From Candidatus Micrarchaeota archaeon (lineage in GTDB: Archaea; Micrarchaeota; Micrarchaeia; Norongarragalinales; SBBD01), in contig JAZDGU010000057.1 of assembly GCA_043806595.1 (NCBI GenBank), forward strand, positions 1-35,110: a stretch of 35,110 nt of DNA, read 5' to 3'. The translations under genes were made by a program, and so were the position numbers. Of this stretch, positions 1-5,755 are shown one piece after another. The notes beneath the pieces were generated by a model that saw nothing but the letters and a program-made list of their open reading frames with translations, searched no databases and was not told the DNA's origin. How positions within the stretch are numbered: the first letter of the stretch is position 1; every line of letters begins with the position of its first letter.

Positions 1-579
1 GATGCCCGAATGCAGCCTCTTCCTGTTGTATACCACCTCGATAAACCGCTGGATGTCCTCCAGCGCATCATTGAACGACTCGTATTCGCTCAAATACACT
101 TCCTCCACCTTGAACGTCTTCATGAACGACTCCGCAAACGCGTTGTCGTACGGATTGCCCCGCCGGCTCATGCTCACAAGCACGCCCTGCCCACGCAGGG
201 CGTCCGTATACTCTGTGGAGGCGTACTGGACACCTTGATCAGAATGGTGGACTAGGCCATTGAGTGGAATTCCTTGGCGTTCCTTGAACGCCATCGTCAG
301 GGCATCCATGCATAGCTGGGCGTCAATGTTTCTTGAGAGCTGCCAGCCAAGGCATTTTCTGGAAAAAACGTCTAGAACGACTGCCAAGTAAATGAATTCC
401 CGCACGAGGTGGATATAGGTAATATCCGCCACCCAAAGCTGTTTGAGGCCCGTAACTACGAGATTCTTTGCCAAGTTTGGATACACTGGCAGGCCGTGCT
501 TCGAGTCCGTCGTCGCTATCTTGAACCGCTTGCGCTTGCACAAGAGGCCATTTTCTCTCATGAGGGAGAGCACGCGCTT
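1..579 (-). mobile_element. IS3-family transposase OrfB (DDE/rve domain), 5'-truncated remnant; runs off the window start
   Basis: Not in the ORF track because it has no stop in the window. My translation of 579->1 reads KRVLSLMRENGLL...YPNL...QLWVADITYI...YLAVVLDVFSRKCLGW...HHSDQGVQYAS...SMSRRGNPYDNAFAESFMKTFKVEEVY...YNRKRLHSGI, the classic IS3 D-D-E motifs. There is an in-frame TGA at 595-597, and no OrfA or left IR is visible. Confidence 0.92.
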
Positions 580-581
580 AA

Positions 582-1004
582 CTAACCTGCCAAATCAGGG
601 GTGCAGTCCAAAGCGACGTACACGACGCCAAACTATCAAGCAGGCTAAGGACAAGATACGAAGACTGGCACAAAATGCTCTTACTCGGCGTCAAAGAATA
701 CGCCGCAAGAATGGGGCTCGACGAAATCTGGATGACGACCGCAGACCACCAAACACGCCGCTGGGACTCACTGCCCTCCAAAACCGCCTACAAAATCTAC
801 GCAAAAACACCAAAACAAATGAAGTTCACCCTCCAAGAAACCCCACAAACCGACGTAGAAGGCGTAAAATCAAGGCTATTCTGGGTACACAAAGTCCTCC
901 CACCATTCGGAGGCAACCAAAAAAGATTCGGACAAATCATGACCGAAACACAACAAACAAGACTCCGAAGAATCGGTGCAATGATAAAAGAAAGGCACAA
1001 ATGA
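582..1004 (+). pseudogene. 5'-truncated gene, GNAT-like fold suspected (QSD...W..MLL...YA..MG.DEIW.TT..Q..RW...AYKIY)
   Basis: The frame of ORF 675..1004 stays open upstream to 582 (LTCQIRGAVQSDVHDAKL...) and is cut by TAA at 579-581, where IS3 homology starts. The strand is strongly A+C-rich. The fold call is an inference. Confidence 0.5.
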
Positions 1005-1016
1005 CATTGGGGAACA

Positions 1017-1147
1017 ACGAAGCCTCCCTCGTCGCTCTCCAAAGAAGCAGCCAATAAATAGCCGTTTGAGCCAACCAGAAGTCGGACATGGGGCTGTACC
1101 GATTCTCGGGGAACATCAGACGCAGACCGAGTGCTAATGTGGGGCAG
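1017..1147 (+). repeat. Diverged ~130-bp direct repeat, copy 1 (partner 2414-2543)
   Basis: The first 53 nt match copy 2 at 47/53 ungapped (…CTCCAAAGAAGCAG.C.ATAAATAGCCGTTTGA), followed by shared blocks GACATGGG, TTCT, ACAT.AGACGCAG, AGTGC and GCAG with one gap. Confidence 0.9.
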
Positions 1148-1205
1148 CCTGGCAGGGACTGAATGGCTAATGAGTGCACGGGCAATACGTCCAAGTGCCT
1201 TCGGA

Positions 1206-1436
1206 TTAAAATAATCCCGAAAATTCCTCGGGCGTAAAACCAGCTTGGCGTGCTATTGACCGGAAAACAAATGGATTCAAGTCCCGGTTTCCATGGACTG
1301 GCACAGTTACATGAAAAGTCTGGTTCCCGATTGTTTTTATCAAATGGACATGGCTCCCTTTTTGTCCCTTGACGGAAAAGCCGTGCTTTTGAAGCACTTT
1401 GGAAACTTCCTTGCCTGCAACGACTGGCAATTTCAT
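1206..1436 (-). CDS. hicA: HicA-family toxin (dsRBD-fold RNase), 76 aa
   Basis: MKLPVVAGKEVSKVLQKHGF...QKGSHVHL...VTVPVHGNRDL...SIARQAG carries the GSH catalytic motif and VP.H. The ATG at 1436 overlaps the upstream stop (ATGA). Confidence 0.9.
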   Translation of the reverse strand: MKLPVVAGKEVSKVLQKHGFSVKGQKGSHVHLIKTIGNQTFHVTVPVHGNRDLNPFVFRSIARQAGFTPEEFSGLF

Positions 1437-2089
1437 TTTCTCACTTTGTAATACAACCAATTGCCGTCTTTAATTTCCCGGGCTAGAACCTGCTGATGGA
1501 CTAAATCAAGAACAACCTTGTAAAGGGGGTTATAGACCGTGCCAGGCCTTCGGCGTTGGACAAGCTCGAAAATTTCCCGGACGCTTTTACCTTCATCAAG
1601 GCCTCCTTGCCGCAGGATGTCCTCGATTATTCCCCGCATACTAATGCGGGTCTGACTTTGCCGCCTAGAGGGAAGATTTTCATTTTCATTCCCAGAATCC
1701 TTTTTCTGGGAAAAAAGTTCGGCGCAGCGGGGCAAAGCGTGGGAGAAAACAAGGTATCGGCTGTTTTCATCATCAACCAGCCGCTCGTCGACGAGAAGCC
1801 TCAAAGTCGGCCGAAGGGAACCCTCCGGAATATCGCTAAGTTTCGCCAATGCAGATGGGGTAATTGGTTCGTCAAGACCCGACTTCAGGTTTAAAGCCTT
1901 CTTGGAAAGCAGCAGAAGGAGAATCTTATTCTTGTTCGACTGAGAGTAAAAAGAGGCCAACGGAAAAATTCGCCCCTTCTCGTCCAATCGGACAAACTGC
2001 GAAAGGATACTGCTTAACAGCTCGCGGTTTACTTCGTCTCCCTTTACGAAAAGGGAATCAAGCGGATCGTCCCTCATCTTACTTATCAC
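1433..2089 (-). CDS. Putative DNA-binding protein with two winged-HTH-like domains
   Basis: ITPSALAKLSDIPEGSLRPTLRLLVDERLV...RY and KSVREIFELV...PLYKVVLDLVHQQVLAREIKDGNWLYY both fit wHTH patterns. The start could be GTG 2089 or ATG 2077. Confidence 0.65.
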   Translation of the reverse strand: MISKMRDDPLDSLFVKGDEVNRELLSSILSQFVRLDEKGRIFPLASFYSQSNKNKILLLLLSKKALNLKSGLDEPITPSALAKLSDIPEGSLRPTLRLLVDERLVDDENSRYLVFSHALPRCAELFSQKKDSGNENENLPSRRQSQTRISMRGIIEDILRQGGLDEGKSVREIFELVQRRRPGTVYNPLYKVVLDLVHQQVLAREIKDGNWLYYKVRK

Positions 2090-2180
2090 TTAGTTATTGT
2101 TAGAGTTTATATTTACGAACTTATATATATTCCTTTCGCCACATGTATTCAAGCCCAAAGAAGGCCCGAGTGATTGTTTT
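2090..2180. promoter_or_regulatory. Divergent archaeal promoter region (wHTH-hicA / hicB)
   Basis: AT-rich gap with TTTATATT (~2106-2113) and TTATATATAT (~2121-2130). A GAGTGA SD-like element lies before ATG 2181. Confidence 0.55.
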
Positions 2181-2414
2181 ATGAAGCTTCTTGGTTTTTC
2201 AGTCGTAGTCATCCCAGAGGCAGGGTCTTTTTCAGCATGGTGCCCAGATTTAGACGTGGCATCTCAAGGAGATACTTTGGAAGTAGCTATTGCCAACCTC
2301 CGCGAAGCCCTCGAACTGCACCTGGAATGCTCGACTCCAGCCGAATTGCAGGAAATCCGCAGGCGCCAAGGGACCAAACTAATCACTACCATAGAAATTC
2401 CAGTGTCAAGTTGA
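2181..2414 (+). CDS. hicB: HicB-family antitoxin (short form, no C-terminal DNA-binding domain), 77 aa
   Basis: FSVVVIPEAGSFSAWCPDLDVASQGDTLEVAIANLREALELHLE matches the HicB (UPF0150) signature. Confidence 0.88.
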   Translation: MKLLGFSVVVIPEAGSFSAWCPDLDVASQGDTLEVAIANLREALELHLECSTPAELQEIRRRQGTKLITTIEIPVSS

Positions 2415-2543
2415 CGAAACCATCCTCGTCGCCCTCCAAAGAAGCAGTCTATAAATAGCCGTTTGACCCCTCCAAGACGCAGACATGGGACAAGCTAGGT
2501 TCTGGCGCACATTAGACGCAGTTCAAGTGCCTAGGGGGAGCAG
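2414..2543 (+). repeat. Diverged ~130-bp direct repeat, copy 2, abutting the tRNA 3' end
   Basis: See copy 1. It begins at the hicB stop and contains a TATAAATA box. Confidence 0.9.
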
Positions 2544-2572
2544 GCAGACGCAAAGCAAGTGCCTAGGGCGAG
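2514..2572. repeat. Tandem 27-bp duplication including the tRNA-Met 3' end (att-like scar)
   Basis: AGACGCAGTTCAAGTGCCTAGGGGGAG (2514-2540) vs AGACGCAAAGCAAGTGCCTAGGGCGAG (2546-2572), 23/27 identical. CAAGTGCCT recurs at 1192-1200. Confidence 0.8.
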
Positions 2573-2724
2573 ATTTGAACTCGCGGCTTCCAGATTTCAC
2601 GAAGAAACCTTATACCAGTCATCGCCCGGCCTTGCACGCCTCGCGGCGCGGCGGCGGGCTCCTAACTCAAAACGGGTCAATCCATTATGAGTCTGGCACT
2701 CTAACCAGGCTGAGTTACCTAGGC
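2560..2724 (-). tRNA. tRNA-Met(CAT), probably elongator, with a 90-nt intron; CCA not encoded
   Basis: GCCTAGG TA ACTC AGCCTGGTTA GAGT G CCAGA CTCATA[intron]A TCTGG AAGCC GCGAG TTCAAAT CTCGC CCTAGGC A: all four stems pair. G1-C72 and the absence of 3 G-C pairs in the anticodon stem argue against the initiator. Ile2 is not fully excluded. Confidence 0.95.
2595..2685 (-). ncRNA. tRNA intron with a k-turn; putative intron-encoded box C/D-like guide RNA
   Basis: UUAG-GA-GCCCG / CGGGC-GAU-GA-CUGG forms a k-turn, capped by a GCGA-tetraloop hairpin. The 12-nt segment before the AGGA box is complementary (11/12 including G-U) to the anticodon loop and exon-intron junction. Confidence 0.6.
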
Positions 2725-2747
2725 GTTTCAGAATGATGGGGGGACTA

Positions 2748-2760
2748 ACGAATATAAACG
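2748..2760. promoter_or_regulatory. TATA element between the divergent tRNA-Met and PAP2-fusion genes
   Basis: AATATAAA/TTTATATT sits about 30 nt from both the tRNA 5' end (2724) and ATG 2790. Confidence 0.5.
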
Positions 2761-2789
2761 GTTCCGCTGAATTGATTGGGGGTAACGCA

Positions 2790-3824
2790 ATGCAAGAGAT
2801 AGTCATTTGGCTGGCGCAGGTGCTCGACGCCCACCCGGTGCCAATCTTCGCGTTGCTGACCGCGCTCGCGATGCTTGCGACCAAAAAGAGGGTCGTGCTC
2901 CTGCTCGCCGTCGCGGCGACCGCAGCGCTCGTCCCGGTTGCAAAGGAGATTTACGCCGAGGAAAGGCCGTGCGTGAACGGCATCACCGATGGCGCGTGCG
3001 ACGGGTGGGGCTTCCCCTCGGCGCACACCGCGGTGGCAACCGTGATTGCCGTCGGCCTTCTCGGCACGCCGTGGTTCTTCCTCGCGCTCCCGCTCGCATT
3101 CCTCGTCGGCTATTCGCGCGTGTTATTGAACGTGCATTCCTTCGAGCAGGTCGCAGCCGGCCTCGCTTTCGGGTTGTTGGCGTATTTCGTCACGGAGTCC
3201 GCGCTCAAGATGTTCCGGGCGGCAAGCCCCCGGGAAAAGCGGGGCACGCCGGGGATGGAGTTCCGCAGGCAGCTTTTCCACATGTACGTCGGCGTGGCGG
3301 TGGTCGTTGCGGCCATCCTGCTTGGGACATCCGCAGTCGAACAGTTCATCATCGTGGCGCTCTTCGCAGGCCTGCTGGCAATCAACGCCAAGCTCGTCGG
3401 AGGAAGAATCGGCGTGTTCGAGAGGTTCCTGGCGGAATTCGAGCGCAGGAAGGCGGAGTTCCCGGGGAGGGGCGCGCTGTTCTTCGCCGTCGGCGCGCTG
3501 TTCCTGCTCTCCTTCTCGCTCTCGGACGGGTTCGCGCTCGCGGCGCTGTCCGTGCTCGCGGTCTCCGACGGCGCGTCCACCATGGTGGGCGTGAGGCACG
3601 GGCAGGCGAAGCTGCCGTGGAACAAGCGGAAAAGCTGGGAGGGCATGTTCGCGTTCTTCTCCACGGGCGCGGTCGTGGCGTATCTCTTCATCGGGCTCTA
3701 CGGGGTCCTGCTCGCGGCGCTGCTGGCACTTGTGGAGACTTACGACTTCCACATAGACGACAACCTCCTGATTCCGATGGCAGCAATTGCCATCGACGTC
3801 GTGGGGCATTCGCTTGGTGCATGA
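2790..3824 (+). CDS. Fusion of a PAP2 lipid phosphate phosphatase and a CTP-dependent polyprenol kinase (SEC59/DGK1/VTE5 family) membrane protein
   Basis: PAP2 motifs KEIYAEERP, FPSAH and SRVLLNVHSFEQV. Kinase motifs EFRRQLFH, DGASTMVG, NKRKSWEG and IDDNLLIP. A GGGGGT SD lies before ATG 2790. Confidence 0.85.
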   Translation: MQEIVIWLAQVLDAHPVPIFALLTALAMLATKKRVVLLLAVAATAALVPVAKEIYAEERPCVNGITDGACDGWGFPSAHTAVATVIAVGLLGTPWFFLALPLAFLVGYSRVLLNVHSFEQVAAGLAFGLLAYFVTESALKMFRAASPREKRGTPGMEFRRQLFHMYVGVAVVVAAILLGTSAVEQFIIVALFAGLLAINAKLVGGRIGVFERFLAEFERRKAEFPGRGALFFAVGALFLLSFSLSDGFALAALSVLAVSDGASTMVGVRHGQAKLPWNKRKSWEGMFAFFSTGAVVAYLFIGLYGVLLAALLALVETYDFHIDDNLLIPMAAIAIDVVGHSLGA

Positions 3825-3825
3825 C

Positions 3826-4458
3826 ATGGCGAGGGGACGACTCATCGTGGTGGAGGGATTGGATGCCAGCGGAAAGCGCACGCAGGCGGAAATGCTCGTG
3901 CGCCGGCTCAAGGCCGCGGGGAGAAGGGCGCACTTCGTCAGCTTCCCTGCCTACGGCACCCCCTACGGGAGGCTCGTGAAGATGTATCTCTTGGGGGAAA
4001 TGGGCGGCAGGGAGGCGGTGCCGCCGGAGGCCGCAGCCGTCCTTTTCGCGCTCGACCGCCTGCAGTTTAAGGACATGATTGCAAAGCTGCTGGCAGACGG
4101 AATCTGGGTCGTCGCGGACCGCTACACGCAGAGCAACCTCTACCAGGCGGCTAGGGTTCCGGCGAAGAAGAGGGCAAGGTTTGTAACGTGGCTGGAACGG
4201 CTTGAGGAGCCGATGCCCCGCGCGGACAAGGTGGTGTTGCTGGACGTGCCGGTGAGGGCGTCGCGTCTGCTGCTGAGGAAGAGGGGGAGGAAGAAGGACG
4301 TGAACGAGAAGGACGTGGAATACTTGGAGGAGGTCAGGCGGGTCTACCTGTCGCAGGCAAGGAGGAGGGGCTGTAGGATCATTTCCTGCATGGATACGGA
4401 AGGCAGGCTGCGGGGCAAGGCGGATATTGCAAAGGAAGTGTGGAAGGCCGTTGCTTGA
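3826..4458 (+). CDS. tmk: Thymidylate kinase
   Basis: P-loop VEGLDASGKRTQ, then SFP.Y, LFALDR and VVADRY..SN.YQ. Confidence 0.93.
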   Translation: MARGRLIVVEGLDASGKRTQAEMLVRRLKAAGRRAHFVSFPAYGTPYGRLVKMYLLGEMGGREAVPPEAAAVLFALDRLQFKDMIAKLLADGIWVVADRYTQSNLYQAARVPAKKRARFVTWLERLEEPMPRADKVVLLDVPVRASRLLLRKRGRKKDVNEKDVEYLEEVRRVYLSQARRRGCRIISCMDTEGRLRGKADIAKEVWKAVA

Positions 4459-4460
4459 CA

Positions 4461-5687
4461 CTAATAGCGGACGATGAGCCGGTCGCCGAAGCTGCTGATG
4501 TTCTCGAAGCTGAAGGCGATCTTCTGGCCGCTTGCCGTCTTCACGGAGAGCGACCCCTTGCGCTTGTCCACGTCGACGATCTTGCCGATGAAGCCCCCGA
4601 TTTCCGTGTAGACCTCGCGGCCCTCCAGCTTCATGCGGGTGATGATGCCGTTCTTGAACTGCCTCGCGAGGTACGTGATCAGGTACATGGTGACGATGCT
4701 GAAGAGGAGGGAGAGGAAGAAGTCGGCGAAGGAAAGCGTGCCGATGACCCAGTCCGCGGCGTTGTTCACGATCAACCAGAGGAGGATCACCGCCGAGAAG
4801 TATATCGCGTAGCTTGGCAGGGCGTACCGCTTGTTCTGCTGCAGCGCCTCGACGAGCTGGCCGGCGAGCACGAGGATAATCGCGAGCGGGAAGAGAAGCA
4901 TGAAGTCCTTGAGCACCCACGCCGAGATTTTCGCGAAGTTGGCGACGCCTTCCTGCTGTAGCACGGCGAACCTCGCGATGCCGAGGTAGACCGACACCAC
5001 GCCGAGCGGCACGGAGGCGAAGTAGAAGATGAACGTCACCCTCTCCACGGAAAGCTCCGAGCGCGCAAGCCAGCGGAGAAGGACTTCCTCGATGCCGAAG
5101 CCCTTGAGCAGGAGGTAGCCACCGAACAGGCCGACGAAAATGCGGATGCCCGTCTCCTGGAAGGCGAACGCGAGGAGCAGCAGGAGGCCGGGGATGCCGA
5201 ACACGATTCTCGCGAAATGCGGCTCCTTGAGCTTCTCCAACAGCACGAAATACGTCTTCTCGAGCTCCTTGCTCTGCTTGACGACGACCTGCCTCACGCT
5301 GTTGACCTTGACCCTGCTCTGGATTAGCGGGAGAATCTGGTCGTCGCTCGCGCCGTCGGAAACGAACACGCACGCCTCGGGCAGGTAGCTCGCCAGCACC
5401 TTCTCCAGCTGCTTGACGATTTCGCGGTCGGCGTAGTAGCCGAGCCGCGCGCTTCCCGTGAGCGTGGCGACCTCGACTTCGTAGCCCTGGCGCTTGAGCT
5501 CGTCGAAGGCCTTGACCGCGTCGAACATCGTGTTGCCGTCAGTGTCCTGCGGGTCGCTGACGAGCAGCTGCGTGGCGGCGTCGACGTTCTGCTGGCGGCC
5601 CACGAGCGGACCCTTTACGCGCGCCTTCTCGCCCAAGTCGTTGTCGACGTCGACGCACAAGACGAGCAGGCGCTTCGGTTCTGCCAT
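4461..5687 (-). CDS. DUF373-family membrane protein with a C-terminal PRC-barrel-like domain
   Basis: N-terminus LLVLCVDVDNDLGEK...DPQDTDGN...VSDGASD...VVVKQS.ELEKTY, followed by ~6 TM helices. The tail is LEGREVYTEIGGFIGKIVDVD...FENISSFGDRLIV. Confidence 0.85.
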   Translation of the reverse strand: MAEPKRLLVLCVDVDNDLGEKARVKGPLVGRQQNVDAATQLLVSDPQDTDGNTMFDAVKAFDELKRQGYEVEVATLTGSARLGYYADREIVKQLEKVLASYLPEACVFVSDGASDDQILPLIQSRVKVNSVRQVVVKQSKELEKTYFVLLEKLKEPHFARIVFGIPGLLLLLAFAFQETGIRIFVGLFGGYLLLKGFGIEEVLLRWLARSELSVERVTFIFYFASVPLGVVSVYLGIARFAVLQQEGVANFAKISAWVLKDFMLLFPLAIILVLAGQLVEALQQNKRYALPSYAIYFSAVILLWLIVNNAADWVIGTLSFADFFLSLLFSIVTMYLITYLARQFKNGIITRMKLEGREVYTEIGGFIGKIVDVDKRKGSLSVKTASGQKIAFSFENISSFGDRLIVRY

Positions 5688-5755
5688 ATCGCTTCCGCTA
5701 GAATTGGAGGCGCCCGCGGTTTAAATAACTGCAGGAGGAGCGGCGGATGGTAGCG

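Noticed and set aside
2..255. Plus-strand ORFs 2..238 and 10..255
   Set aside because: They are antisense shadows of the IS3 transposase.
443..1057. 204-aa Arg/Thr/Asn-rich ORF
   Set aside because: It is an off-frame product of the A+C skew and crosses the IS3 junction. The 582-1004 frame has protein-like composition.
1017..2543. Repeats as integron attC sites or a CRISPR array
   Set aside because: There is no conserved RYYYAAC...GTTRRRY hairpin in both copies. Only two long, diverged copies exist, with no regular spacers and no cas or intI gene in the window.
2595..2685. Intron as an H/ACA guide RNA
   Set aside because: The k-turn orientation is compatible, but there is no ACA box (only AAA), the lower stem is weak and no target was identified. 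The C/D reading predicts C34 exactly.
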